64,000 nt of DNA, from the IMG/VR virus record IMGVR_UViG_3300035703_000021, positions 1-64,000 of that record. One strand, written 5' to 3'. The position numbers and the translations under genes were made by a program. Positions 8,520 to 17,894 of the stretch are shown in pieces. The stretch is from a virus. The notes under the pieces were generated by a model. It worked only from the letters and a program-made list of their open reading frames with translations. It was not told the DNA's origin and ran no database searches. Within the stretch, counting starts at the first letter, position 1. Each line of letters opens with the position of its first letter.

Positions 8520-8624
8520 GGAGGGGTGGTGGGGTTATATGGCTATCATACTATGGCCTGGTGGACCTGTTCCGTAGCGGTGACCACCTCGCCCACTGGC
8601 TACTCCTGAAGTACCCCCGCTCTC

Positions 8625-8640
8625 GGGTTAAAGTCTAAGT
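8625..8640 (+). promoter_or_regulatory. Late-type promoter motif
   Basis: GGGTTAAAGTCT; recurring GGTTTAAAGAC consensus. Confidence 0.6.
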
Positions 8641-8676
8641 AACTAAACTACCAAACTACTACGCTACTACATCACC

Positions 8677-9378
8677 ATGGGATTATTCGATGATTCCGCT
8701 AAGCTCTTCAATATGTCGTTCCCGTGGGGATTGGGGAGGTACAGAGCGGATATAGACGCTGACTACGACGCCGAGGTGCCTCCTCCCGACCTCGACTCCA
8801 TCTCCGTGTACGTGGACGACGAGGGGAAGGTTAACTTCGACAAGGCCATCGTCTCCTACGAGACCAAGGACCCCATCGATGTCCCCACCGAGCACACCTA
8901 CTCCCCCGACAATAGCTTCATCGCCCAGCTCAATCGCACGCTGACGACTGTGCCAATCGGGGGCATCATCCTCTACCCCACCTACAACACCGGGAGCGCC
9001 TCCGTCTCCCAGAGGAGGTACTGGTTCGCTGGCATCGCACCGCGCTACCAGGGACGTGTGCGGTACCCGGAGGACACTCCACCTGGGTTTGTTCCGTGTA
9101 TCGGCCAGGTGCTCAAGTACCCGGACGGTTCGGCGTTCCAGGTAACCGACCTGGCGCCCCCTATCACATCCTGGGGAGGGTGGTTTGGCGGGAGGTTAGG
9201 TGGGTATTGGGGCGGGAACTACGCTCCTGGGTATAATTACCTACCCGCGGTGAGGTACCTGCAGAGGGTGCCGGAGGGGTGGGATGTGGATCCGGTGGTG
9301 GATGGGAGAGGGAGCGTGTATCTGGATGATGCGAAGCCGGATCGGGTCTGGGATTGGTGGTGGGGGTACGGGGACTAG
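8677..9378 (+). CDS. Tail-collar-like virion protein with VPEGW motif
   Basis: PIGGIILY..PPGFVPCIGQ..VTDL collar pattern. Confidence 0.6.
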   Translation: MGLFDDSAKLFNMSFPWGLGRYRADIDADYDAEVPPPDLDSISVYVDDEGKVNFDKAIVSYETKDPIDVPTEHTYSPDNSFIAQLNRTLTTVPIGGIILYPTYNTGSASVSQRRYWFAGIAPRYQGRVRYPEDTPPGFVPCIGQVLKYPDGSAFQVTDLAPPITSWGGWFGGRLGGYWGGNYAPGYNYLPAVRYLQRVPEGWDVDPVVDGRGSVYLDDAKPDRVWDWWWGYGD

Positions 9379-9554
9379 GGGCGTAGGAGTGTAGAAGTGT
9401 AGAGTACCCGGCGCGGAGGCGCGAGGCGCCCTAACGCACGGCCGTGGCAGGCTGAAGCGCACAGCGAGGCCAGGCCTCTACGCCAGGCCAATTGTCACAG
9501 TTAGGGGGCGGGGGTTACAGCGTGCTGGGCAAAGACTCACAGCTGTGCGATTGC

Positions 9555-9567
9555 GGGTTTAAAGACC
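9555..9567 (+). promoter_or_regulatory. Late-type promoter motif
   Basis: GGGTTTAAAGACC. Confidence 0.65.
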
Positions 9568-9588
9568 AACTGAATACTAGTGCACGTT

Positions 9589-10041
9589 ATGCTTACAACA
9601 CTATTCACGACTCAGATCCTTCCTGGGCTCGTATCCGCTGCCAGTGGTGCTATCTTCGGTGCCGTGATTGCCGGCTGGGATAAACTCGCAGCCAAGTACA
9701 TGCTGGCCAAGATCGGCCCTTCCATCAAAACCGTTTACAACATCATCGACCCCATCCTCGACGCCAATCTGGCCTCGTGGGAAGGATCGGATGTTGATCA
9801 GGTTATCGGTCTCGTGATCAATACCGTGGCCGATGGCAAACTCTCGGCTGAAGAAGTCAATAAGGCCGTTAAGCTTGTTTCCCAGCTCTGGCTACCTCAG
9901 ATCGCCACTCAGAAGACCAAGGACGGCGTGATCGGTACCAAGGAACTCGCCATCGCAGAAAAAATTCGGGCTGCCGTAGAGACTAAGACTCTCGACACAC
10001 CCGAATTGATTAAGACTGTTAAGGAACTGTACGTAGGCTGA
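9589..10041 (+). CDS. Membrane-anchored late protein, paralog of 39728..40294
   Basis: N-terminal hydrophobic helix; alignable to 39728..40294. Confidence 0.7.
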   Translation: MLTTLFTTQILPGLVSAASGAIFGAVIAGWDKLAAKYMLAKIGPSIKTVYNIIDPILDANLASWEGSDVDQVIGLVINTVADGKLSAEEVNKAVKLVSQLWLPQIATQKTKDGVIGTKELAIAEKIRAAVETKTLDTPELIKTVKELYVG

Positions 10042-10112
10042 TCTGATCCCGTGGGATCATAGATCGAACACGTGCTTCATAAACCACGCTTTGAACCTCT
10101 GCCTCCGAGTCT

Positions 10113-10814
10113 TCATGGGCTCGGGGCTTTTTGCTGTGGAGGTTCGATCTTCTCCACTACTTTAACTTGCTCTAACTCATCGAGAGCTTGGGCGATCGCA
10201 GGAAACTGCTCGTTGAAGATCTTGCGACAGGCAATGGCAATATCCATGTGCTCCTTCTGCGTGCCGTTAGCGCCCCGGAGGTCGATGTAGTGCATCCATG
10301 AGCGGAGAGTGCCGTGCATGTAGATCCGACTCGGGGAGTTCATCGGCAGGATCTTGCGAGCGCACTCCTTCGCCACTCCGGCCTCGAGCATATCATCGTA
10401 GAGCTCCTGGGCCTCGGAGAACAGCATCCGGGTCCGCTGCTGGAAGGCGATGACCAACTCTGGATCCAAGTCGTCCACGGAGTTCTGGCGGTTTTTGGTG
10501 TCCTGGCGGCGCAGTTCGGGGAGCTGGAGCTGACCCAGATCCTTCACATCGGCGTATCGCTGCGAGAACTCCTGAAATCCACAGAATGATTTGTGGCGAA
10601 TTATTTGAGCAGCAATATCCCTAGTAGTATTAATCTCAACGCACATAGTAGCCATTTCAAATGGACTCCAGTGTTTATGCTTGATAAGGTACTTAATCAA
10701 GCGAGGAGCAGTTTCATAATTACCCTGGTTTTTGGGTGCGGAGACCCGAGCCATATCGGTGATGAGATGTTCAGCTTCGGGGGTCACATGAATGAGCTTG
10801 ACTAATTGCGTCAT
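10113..10814 (-). CDS. thyX: Flavin-dependent thymidylate synthase
   Basis: ARVS, HWSPFE, RHKSF..QEFSQRY, KECAR, RSWMHY..R. Confidence 0.95.
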   Translation of the reverse strand: MTQLVKLIHVTPEAEHLITDMARVSAPKNQGNYETAPRLIKYLIKHKHWSPFEMATMCVEINTTRDIAAQIIRHKSFCGFQEFSQRYADVKDLGQLQLPELRRQDTKNRQNSVDDLDPELVIAFQQRTRMLFSEAQELYDDMLEAGVAKECARKILPMNSPSRIYMHGTLRSWMHYIDLRGANGTQKEHMDIAIACRKIFNEQFPAIAQALDELEQVKVVEKIEPPQQKAPSP

Positions 10815-11610
10815 TGTATAGTTTCTTTGAAAGGTCTCTTTCAGCCTTATTGGCTGCTTTACGTCTCAATTCTACTCCACATCTCTTCAAAAGTAAAGAG
10901 ACCGTTTGATGGTTCGTAACAAAAAGCTTTGCAAGATGGGCGGTTGACATTCCCATACTATAGTGTTTCGCAATAAGTGGTAAATTTTGTTCTAAATCTG
11001 GTCTTTTTGGCTTTCTTATAGCTTTACTCATTTTTTGTCTTATTTGGGGAGGCAAACCTTGTTCCCATAAAGAAGCATTCGGGTTACTTTTAAAGTATCT
11101 AAATTCGTGAGTATCTTTTCTGTAAAAAGCTCTTAATCCTCTAATAGCTCCTTCAGCGTTCTTAAGAGCTTCGCTATTAAGCACCGATTTATCCCTGCCT
11201 CTTATAAAACCCGCAGGAATCTCTCCCTCTTTTACCATTTTCTCTTTACCAGAGATAGGATCGTGTACCCAGAAAGTCTTACGTGTATTTGTGCGCGAAT
11301 AACCGAGCCTTTTAACTTCTTCCCACCATTGATTTCCGCCAAACAGGCATATTATCCATTCCTCGTTTATTAAAAACTCGCCGGTGTCCCCAAATATCTG
11401 TGGGGCTTTCATAGAACAAACTCTATATGGAACAAAGGCATTGCTTTTTGCCTTATTATAATCCAGATCACTTTGTATAATATTCTGTTGGATATCGAGC
11501 CCGCAGATAAACTCGCTTTTAAGCGGATCAATATGATCTACGCCTTTAAATTGACTACACATCGTAGTATTAAGTACCAGGATATATAGTCTATAAACCG
11601 ATTTAGACAA
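10771..11610 (-). mobile_element. Freestanding HNH-type homing endonuclease
   Basis: AT-rich; DHIDPL..CGL..N..N..KSN, NUMOD-like PAGFIRGR, C-terminal HTH; overlaps thyX start. Confidence 0.75.
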
Positions 11611-11655
11611 AAAAAAGAGCGGTCAGGCGCCAATGGCGTCCCTCCGCTGATTTTT
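11608..11655. terminator. Intrinsic terminator (possibly bidirectional)
   Basis: A-tract, AGCGG..CCGCT stem, T-tract. Confidence 0.55.
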
Positions 11656-11697
11656 CCTTACGAGCGTGATTACACGACGTTTACGTTGTGCGCCTTC

Positions 11698-11916
11698 TTA
11701 CATGTAGACGTCTTTTTCCCAGACGATGCTTCTCGTCGCGACCACATGGTTACCGTCGTATGTAATCGTCTCGGTGGCCACAAGTTTGCCACTCGCGCCA
11801 CCTTTCTTGTAGAGGATCTGAGTCGGTCCGTGGTTGGAGGTAGCGCCACTGTGGGCTTGGTAGTCGTGATCTGGTACTGACCATCCGTTATCAAAGCTAG
11901 GAGTCGGAACTGCCAT
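11698..11916 (-). CDS. Small late protein
   Basis: MAVPTPSFDNGWSVPD; late motif at 11939-11949. Confidence 0.65.
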   Translation of the reverse strand: MAVPTPSFDNGWSVPDHDYQAHSGATSNHGPTQILYKKGGASGKLVATETITYDGNHVVATRSIVWEKDVYM

Positions 11917-11950
11917 GAGGAACTGAATTCGTATAGGAGACTTTAAACCA

Positions 11951-13159
11951 CTACTTGAGGATCCTAACCACTTCACCGAAGGGGAGGTCGTCGCTCTTCA
12001 CACCACCCGGCGAGATGCACCACAGAACCGGGCAATCCGGCTCATCAAAGTCATTGAGGCGGGCGTAACCATCGGTAAAAACGATGCCCAGTGTCTGCAC
12101 GGTGGAGTCTTCTCCGTGGTCGTTTTGGATCTTTTTCATCACATCGACGAACGACGTACCTCCACCACCCTGGATCTTAGGAGTCTCCAGAATGTCCGCG
12201 ATGTCGCCTTGGTGGTAGAGGTCGGTGTCGAAGTACCACAGTTCGCCTGAGATCTGCGGCAAGGCGTTCACAGCGAAGCGGAGTTCCGCGATGAACTCCG
12301 ACAGGATCTCCTCGTCGACGCTTCCCGACGTGTCCATGAACACCATGACGTGAATCCTACCGCCTCCGAGGTCATCGAGGTACTGCCCGGAATGAATGAA
12401 GCGGCGATCGTAGCCCTCGAAGTCGGTGTGGGAGGCGGTGATGTACTTGTACAGAGCGTCCCTCCAGTCGATTGTTGGCTCGAGGAGGTCGTTGAAGATG
12501 CGCTTCAGTCCTGCTCCGTGGAGCCCGAAGGACTTCGTCCGGGCGATCGTGGCAGCTTTGTTGAGGATGTCCTTCCAGTTAATCTTTCTCCCAGGGCCGT
12601 CCTTAGGGTCACCGGATTTGTCAGCGGAGTTGCCAGGCTTGCCGCTACCACCGGGCTGAAGGCAGTAATTAACGTCACCTTCTCCTGTACCGTACTTCTT
12701 CCTGAGGTAGTCAGGATCCTTCTGCTGCTTCTGGCGCAGGATGTTGTAGATCTCGCGGACACTCAGGTGCTTGAGATCGTCGTCGTGGATCGCTTCTTCG
12801 GGCAGGGACATGCGGTTATCGCGGATGATCCCATTGACGACGATATCCGCAGCGATGTTGGAGGTCATCGGGTCGGTCATGAACACGTCCTTCATCCGCT
12901 CGATATGCTCCAGGGCCATGTGCAGTACCTCGTGGAGCAGGATGGACTGAAAGTGCTCCTGGGTCTGCGACTCCATGAAGGTGGGGTTGAGCATCAGGGT
13001 ACCGCCATCGGTGGCGGCGGTGGAGATGTCATCGGTGACTCGGTAGGGGGCGTTGAGCAGCAGGGTGCCGAAGAACGGCGACTCGCGTAGGAGCTTTACC
13101 CTGGACTTGACGAGGCGTTCTTCGATGGTTGGCATAAGCACTTCGGGGTATACAGTCAT
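11951..13159 (-). CDS. DUF2201-type metallopeptidase plus vWA domain protein
   Basis: TAATDG, HEVLH, DTSGS MIDAS, GGGGT, FTDG. Confidence 0.9.
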   Translation of the reverse strand: MTVYPEVLMPTIEERLVKSRVKLLRESPFFGTLLLNAPYRVTDDISTAATDGGTLMLNPTFMESQTQEHFQSILLHEVLHMALEHIERMKDVFMTDPMTSNIAADIVVNGIIRDNRMSLPEEAIHDDDLKHLSVREIYNILRQKQQKDPDYLRKKYGTGEGDVNYCLQPGGSGKPGNSADKSGDPKDGPGRKINWKDILNKAATIARTKSFGLHGAGLKRIFNDLLEPTIDWRDALYKYITASHTDFEGYDRRFIHSGQYLDDLGGGRIHVMVFMDTSGSVDEEILSEFIAELRFAVNALPQISGELWYFDTDLYHQGDIADILETPKIQGGGGTSFVDVMKKIQNDHGEDSTVQTLGIVFTDGYARLNDFDEPDCPVLWCISPGGVKSDDLPFGEVVRILK

Positions 13160-13178
13160 TCTATACTAGAAAACGCCC

Positions 13179-13421
13179 TCAAGGGGCGTCTTGTAGTCGG
13201 TTTGTAATGTGGCTACCGCTCTCGTACCCCGCAACGTACGCCGCGTGGACCCATTTGTACATGGCCTCCTTGAGTGTTTTTTCGTCTTTGGTTTCGCAGT
13301 CCGTATAGAACCACTCACTGCGGAAGGAGAAGTTGAAGAGTTCGTGGAACCACTCAGCAAATTCCTCCTCGGCGTTGTCGCTCCAGTTCCAGTCGTTGGC
13401 GGGGTGGCGTGGTGTTGTCAT
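13179..13421 (-). CDS. Hypothetical protein
   Basis: MTTPRHP start with ATGA overlap. Confidence 0.6.
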   Translation of the reverse strand: MTTPRHPANDWNWSDNAEEEFAEWFHELFNFSFRSEWFYTDCETKDEKTLKEAMYKWVHAAYVAGYESGSHITNRLQDAP

Positions 13422-13594
13422 TTGGCCCTCATGCAGGCGATCACCGCGTCCCTCGCGCTTCGGCCCTTGGCATGGAGCATGGGCCACCCGCTACTTATAA
13501 ACCTCCAGGAGTGCTGTCCGTTCATCTGAGGGGAGTGCATCTGGAATTGGTTGAGCAGGAATTCTAGGATCTCAGCGTCTGTCGGTTCAGTCAT
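13418..13594 (-). CDS. Hypothetical protein (58 aa)
   Basis: MTEPTDAEILEFLL, read manually. Confidence 0.6.
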   Translation of the reverse strand: MTEPTDAEILEFLLNQFQMHSPQMNGQHSWRFISSGWPMLHAKGRSARDAVIACMRAK

Positions 13595-13758
13595 CGTATG
13601 CCAGCGTCAAAGAGTTTTTTGAGTTCATTATACACCAAAATCAAATCCCTGTCAACAGACAAATGACCGACATCTTTTGCTCCTCGTAGAAATTCATAGA
13701 GTTCTCTCGCTTGATTTTCTGAGAGTGTGAGTTTGTAGTTCTTTTGGATTTCAATCAT
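13591..13758 (-). CDS. Hypothetical protein (55 aa)
   Basis: MIEIQKNYKLTLSE, read manually. Confidence 0.6.
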   Translation of the reverse strand: MIEIQKNYKLTLSENQARELYEFLRGAKDVGHLSVDRDLILVYNELKKLFDAGIR

Positions 13759-13964
13759 TGTGGGTCTCCTACAAGTCCAGTTGGATAAGATGAGTTGAAG
13801 TATTCTGCTTCTTCACGACCTTGCCAACCATTGTCATTACCCATTTCGTAGATTGCTCGGGCAAAGTTCAAGAGGTCTCCATTCTCTCCACACCATTCAT
13901 TCACAGAAGTAAGAACATAAAGATGTTCTCGGGCAATTTGAAAAATTTGTTCGTCAGTAATCAT
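13755..13964 (-). CDS. Hypothetical protein
   Basis: MITDEQI..LLNFARAIYE. Confidence 0.65.
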   Translation of the reverse strand: MITDEQIFQIAREHLYVLTSVNEWCGENGDLLNFARAIYEMGNDNGWQGREEAEYFNSSYPTGLVGDPQ

Positions 13965-14134
13965 TAGAAATAACCTCCATTGTTAATAGCACTTTGTTCA
14001 TAACCCCGTTCATAAGCAATCTCGGCAACTTTCATAGCAAAATCCATACGAGAAGGTTCAAAAGGAAGTAGTTTTGCTACTTTACGTTCTTCCATCATTT
14101 CAAGGAAGATTTGGTAGATTTCGTCTTCGGTCAT
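13964..14134 (-). CDS. Hypothetical protein (56 aa)
   Basis: MTEDEIY..FAMKVAEIAYERGY, read manually. Confidence 0.6.
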   Translation of the reverse strand: MTEDEIYQIFLEMMEERKVAKLLPFEPSRMDFAMKVAEIAYERGYEQSAINNGGYF

Positions 14135-14298
14135 TCCAAAACACCAAGAGCATAAAGTTGTCGTTCAATCCTTTGACTGGGAGAACCAGTAAAGGCACCA
14201 ACAAGTTCAGGATTTAGAGTATCAAGTTTTTGAGCAAGTTCCCAACATTTCTCAACTTCTTTTTGATAGTCTTTGAGAAGTTCTTGTTGTTCAGTCAT
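14131..14298 (-). CDS. Hypothetical protein (55 aa)
   Basis: MTEQQELL, downstream of promoter. Confidence 0.6.
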   Translation of the reverse strand: MTEQQELLKDYQKEVEKCWELAQKLDTLNPELVGAFTGSPSQRIERQLYALGVLE

Positions 14299-14320
14299 CA
14301 GGTGTCTTTGTGTATGAAAG

Positions 14321-14378
14321 TATTATAAGGCATCACAGACCACTCTGGATGCCTACTGTGCCAGTTCTTCAAGTGTCC
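14321..14378 (-). promoter_or_regulatory. Early/middle-type promoter with hairpin
   Basis: GACACTT-N4-AACTGGCAC, GGCATC/GATGCC hairpin, TATAAT. Confidence 0.7.
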
Positions 14379-14536
14379 TCTGCTTTTACCCATTCGGCGG
14401 TTCGCCATTCAGACCATTTCATATCAGGATTTGGTGGACACAAATAACCACCCTGACCCATACAAAACAACATAAAACGATACTGGATTTCTGGTTTCAC
14501 TCCCAGTTCGTGCTCAACAATACGAAGTTCAACCAT
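14369..14536 (-). CDS. Hypothetical protein (55 aa)
   Basis: MVELRIV..IQYR..WSEWRT, read manually. Confidence 0.6.
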   Translation of the reverse strand: MVELRIVEHELGVKPEIQYRFMLFCMGQGGYLCPPNPDMKWSEWRTAEWVKAEDT

Positions 14537-14741
14537 AGATTCTGGGTTGCTGCGGGTCCTCTTTCCAACTCCTTATAAAACACAGGTGCGGCTCCGTCTT
14601 ATGATCCATCTGAGCCATCCAGTGCACGCCATTCTCGTCGATGGCATCGAGGTAGTGGATGCGGGTCTTGGGGTCTATGGTACGCGTGACCGAGACAAAT
14701 TTCACTGTTCTTGTCATCTCATCCTCCGATGTCACCGTCAA
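14529..14741 (-). CDS. Hypothetical protein
   Basis: IDPKTRIHYLDAIDENGVHW. Confidence 0.6.
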   Translation of the reverse strand: MTVTSEDEMTRTVKFVSVTRTIDPKTRIHYLDAIDENGVHWMAQMDHKTEPHLCFIRSWKEDPQQPRIYG

Positions 14742-14904
14742 TTATAACAGGTTCTACCTCACCGCAGACAACTTCTGCGCTCATATTCTCCATAATCGCG
14801 ATTATCTTTTCCATAGTTCGTTCTCTAGTTTCTTGTTTCCACTTGCTATGTCCAATAACATTCAGGCTTCTGTGCCAACCTTCAAGTATTTGGTTCATCA
14901 TCAA
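14719..14904 (-). CDS. Hypothetical protein
   Basis: ORF in AT-rich island. Confidence 0.45.
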   Translation of the reverse strand: MMMNQILEGWHRSLNVIGHSKWKQETRERTMEKIIAIMENMSAEVVCGEVEPVIIDGDIGG

Positions 14905-15278
14905 ACACCCAATAGTTCTCTTTCTCTTTGAGTAAGTTTAGCAAGAACTTTTTGTCGTTCTTCTTCTTTTAGTTGGTCTTCAAGTTTTTGAATATCAGCA
15001 ATAATAAAATCAACTGCCTCATCAATACTATGAACTTTATGAGTGGTTTCAAAATCTATCCTCAATTGTCTTACCACCATCTTGTGAGCAAAAATTGGTT
15101 GAGTAGAACCTTTATAAAACTCAATATCATACTGAACTCCACCAAAGGCAAGTCCAGAGCAGACATCAGCATAAGCAAATCTTACAAAATAAGTTTTATC
15201 ATCTGCATCAATAGAATGGATTTTATATCCATACTTTTGAAGTTTGATTGATGCATCAAAAAATTGTGTTAGGTTCAT
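14901..15278 (-). CDS. Hypothetical protein
   Basis: AT-rich; C-terminal LAKLTQRERELLGV. Confidence 0.7.
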   Translation of the reverse strand: MNLTQFFDASIKLQKYGYKIHSIDADDKTYFVRFAYADVCSGLAFGGVQYDIEFYKGSTQPIFAHKMVVRQLRIDFETTHKVHSIDEAVDFIIADIQKLEDQLKEEERQKVLAKLTQRERELLGV

Positions 15279-15475
15279 TTCTGGTTCTCCACAAGTTTTA
15301 GGTAATCATAAGCAATCTTACACTCTTTGGGTTTCTCTACACAATACACAATACCTTCATTCTTCCCTTCTACCACACCATCATCAAAACCAAACCGAGT
15401 GCCCAAAAGAAATGCAACACCAATGGTCGCGAGAATACCAAGACAAACCGTTCCAATAGCGAAATCATCGTTCAT
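15275..15475 (-). CDS. Small membrane protein
   Basis: TM helix; IVYCVEKPKECK. Confidence 0.65.
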   Translation of the reverse strand: MNDDFAIGTVCLGILATIGVAFLLGTRFGFDDGVVEGKNEGIVYCVEKPKECKIAYDYLKLVENQK

Positions 15476-15476
15476 T

Positions 15477-15695
15477 TCACTTCACCTCGTTAAAGAATAC
15501 GGGAAGTTCGCCACAGATCTTGTCCGCCGAATTACCCACGGTATAAGACTTCCTACATTCTATCACAATCTCATAGGTTTTTTGGAACATCAGTCGGTCC
15601 TGTTGAGTATTGTAAGTGTTCAGTAGTTCTACTGAAAGAAAATAGCCGGTCACGATGAGAAGTGGAATGACAAAGGCAAAGATAAGTGGTTTCAT
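15477..15695 (-). CDS. Small membrane protein
   Basis: N-terminal TM helix. Confidence 0.6.
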   Translation of the reverse strand: MKPLIFAFVIPLLIVTGYFLSVELLNTYNTQQDRLMFQKTYEIVIECRKSYTVGNSADKICGELPVFFNEVK

Positions 15696-15883
15696 AACGC
15701 GTCGATCTCGTTGGCGATCTCCTCAAGGACGTCTGAGGGGTGCTGGAGTTCTCCCCAGTCGGTGCAGAGCCGGTTGGCGCACTCGTGGATCGCGGTGGCC
15801 AGGGCCTCTCTCATGTCATCGGTGGGTGGTTCGATCAGCTCACCGCAGAACTCGTTCCAGATGTGCTTCGCTCTCTCAGTCAT
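15692..15883 (-). CDS. Hypothetical protein
   Basis: Coupled ORF. Confidence 0.6.
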   Translation of the reverse strand: MTERAKHIWNEFCGELIEPPTDDMREALATAIHECANRLCTDWGELQHPSDVLEEIANEIDAL

Positions 15884-16079
15884 AGTAAGCTCCCTCCTCG
15901 ATCATTTTACGCATGGTCTTCTCGCTGATGATGTCCTCCTCCAGCTCGTGAGGCGGGGCGACTTTCAGATAGATCTGGTAGTGATACTCGTTCATGCACT
16001 CGGATGGAATGTAGCCATTGTACGAGCTAAGTTTCTTGATCGCTTTCATCATCAGCTCGTCCTCCTCCAGCTCCGTCAT
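15876..16079 (-). CDS. Hypothetical protein
   Basis: Coupled ORF. Confidence 0.6.
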   Translation of the reverse strand: MTELEEDELMMKAIKKLSSYNGYIPSECMNEYHYQIYLKVAPPHELEEDIISEKTMRKMIEEGAYYD

Positions 16080-16519
16080 CGCACCCTCTCCATCTTAGGC
16101 AGTGGCTCGTCACCCCACTTCAGCGGCGGGTCGTAGTTCACGGTCATCATCTCCGGCCACTTACGCTCCGAATCCTCCGACTCCACAACTCCCTGCTCCA
16201 CGGCCCTCTCCCACGACAGTTTGTGGCGGATGACGCAGTGCAGGTCGTACAGGATCCCGTTGTCTTCGGGCAGGGAGGGGTGACCGATCCCCAGCGACGA
16301 GGCCCCTCCGTCGATTCCGGCAATCATGTACCTGGAGAGGATCTGGCCGATCAGCCTCATGTCCTCGTGGAGGTTTGTGTAGTCGACGGGATAGCGCAGA
16401 GGAAGGTAGTCCTCGATCTCGCGCCATTGCCCCAGCTGCACCCTCTGGAGCAGGTCCGTGGCATCTTGGATGGCTTTAGCCTGCTTCTCGGTGATCGTGA
16501 GTGTGTAGGTTTTGGTCAT
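16076..16519 (-). CDS. Hypothetical protein
   Basis: 147-aa ORF with ATGA overlaps. Confidence 0.7.
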   Translation of the reverse strand: MTKTYTLTITEKQAKAIQDATDLLQRVQLGQWREIEDYLPLRYPVDYTNLHEDMRLIGQILSRYMIAGIDGGASSLGIGHPSLPEDNGILYDLHCVIRHKLSWERAVEQGVVESEDSERKWPEMMTVNYDPPLKWGDEPLPKMERVR

Positions 16520-16833
16520 TGCTCTGCGGCGACAGTTTGAGGAGGTGCTGGAGGAACTGGTGGAGGAGGGAGGACGGGTGGCTGCACCACCGGTTGTTTA
16601 GGGGCAACAGGATGGGGAAGTTGCGCAGGGGCAGGAGGGTCTACGGTCTTGGTCTGTTGCTCAAGGTCTGTGATCTGTTTTTGAAGTTCTGTGATATGCT
16701 GCTCGTAAGGGTTACTCTGCTCCTCGGCGGGTTTTACGCCGCTGTCCTGTGCTAACTTCCATCCTGCTGCCCCGGCGCCGAAGATGCTGGCCAGGGCTGC
16801 AACTACGGAAACAGTGGATTGGAACTTGCTCAT
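16516..16833 (-). CDS. Membrane-anchored Pro-rich protein
   Basis: N-terminal TM, coiled coil, poly-Pro tail. Confidence 0.7.
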   Translation of the reverse strand: MSKFQSTVSVVAALASIFGAGAAGWKLAQDSGVKPAEEQSNPYEQHITELQKQITDLEQQTKTVDPPAPAQLPHPVAPKQPVVQPPVLPPPPVPPAPPQTVAAEQ

Positions 16834-16876
16834 ATGGCGGGTTGGAGTTTGTGAGTTGGAAGGGAGTCAGCGGAGC

Positions 16877-17872
16877 TCAGCGAAGGAGCTCCTGGTACTT
16901 GGTGATGAAGGCCTTGATCTGCGGGTCCTTAGCAACCAGCTTGACAAAAGTCCCCTGGAGGTTGTTGGCTTTCATGGCGATCATAGCGTCCCCCATGAAC
17001 AGGCCGACGTAATCCTCCGTGGTGCCACCGATCAACCACTTCATGGCGTTGAAGAACGCCTGGGCCGACTTGGCGCGGGAGACAAGCGAGCCGCACACGG
17101 CGTACATCAACGAGGGTTCCTTAGGCACATCGATCTTCTCACCGGCGAGAACGGCGTCAACATCCGGCAGGCGGGAGTAGATGGATTGGTAGGCGTAGAA
17201 CTCAGCGGCGGTACCTTCGCCAACTGCCGCGTCTACTTCCAGGCCGATGTTGAGGAGCGTGCTGGCAAAATCCCAGCTACGTGGCGATGGCCACGCGGTG
17301 GCATTCTTATTGAAGCTGAACAGCAACTGCGGGCGGAAGTTCAGGAAGGAGACGATCTGCTCGTTCACCCCGCTGCCGATGGCGTACTCCTTCCACGAGG
17401 AGAGATCCGACTCCACATTGAAGTGGATGAAGCGGTTGGCCACAGGCGCGGGCATCTGGGAAACAGCGGCTCGGTCCTCGGCGCGGTTCCCCGCGGCGAC
17501 AATGAACCAGCCTTCGGGCACGACGTAATCGCCGACCTGTCGGTCGAGAATGAGCTGCTGAGCGATGCTCATCATCGAAGGCGAGGCCATGTTGAACTCG
17601 TCGACAAAGAGAATGCCCTTGCCCTCGGTGGGTAGGAAGGACGGAGGGGCGAACTTGGCCTGCCCATCCTCGATGTAGGGGAGGCCACGGATGTCCGTGG
17701 GAGCCAGCTGGGAGATGCGGAGGTCGGTGAGCTGGAGATCGTTCTCCGTGGCGACTTTCCTCACGATGGAGCTCTTACCGATACCCGGAGGCCCCCACAG
17801 GAACACCGAGTGCTTAATGCCATTGGAGATGACCTTGGTGAGGGCGGACTGGACGTCGGAGATGGTTGCCAT
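16877..17872 (-). CDS. MoxR-like AAA+ ATPase
   Basis: GPPGIGKS, ILFVDEFN, AAGN, ANRF, PSPRSW. Confidence 0.92.
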   Translation of the reverse strand: MATISDVQSALTKVISNGIKHSVFLWGPPGIGKSSIVRKVATENDLQLTDLRISQLAPTDIRGLPYIEDGQAKFAPPSFLPTEGKGILFVDEFNMASPSMMSIAQQLILDRQVGDYVVPEGWFIVAAGNRAEDRAAVSQMPAPVANRFIHFNVESDLSSWKEYAIGSGVNEQIVSFLNFRPQLLFSFNKNATAWPSPRSWDFASTLLNIGLEVDAAVGEGTAAEFYAYQSIYSRLPDVDAVLAGEKIDVPKEPSLMYAVCGSLVSRAKSAQAFFNAMKWLIGGTTEDYVGLFMGDAMIAMKANNLQGTFVKLVAKDPQIKAFITKYQELLR

Positions 17873-17894
17873 GGAGGATTCAGGTTTGTCCCCT

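Noticed and set aside
10771-11610. Possible intron or intein in thyX
   Set aside because: thyX is complete and uninterrupted; the endonuclease is freestanding
17508-17522. VPEGW inside the AAA ATPase
   Set aside because: Internal and part of the family-typical Y.hP.GW.hhAAGN segment; not counted as a tag
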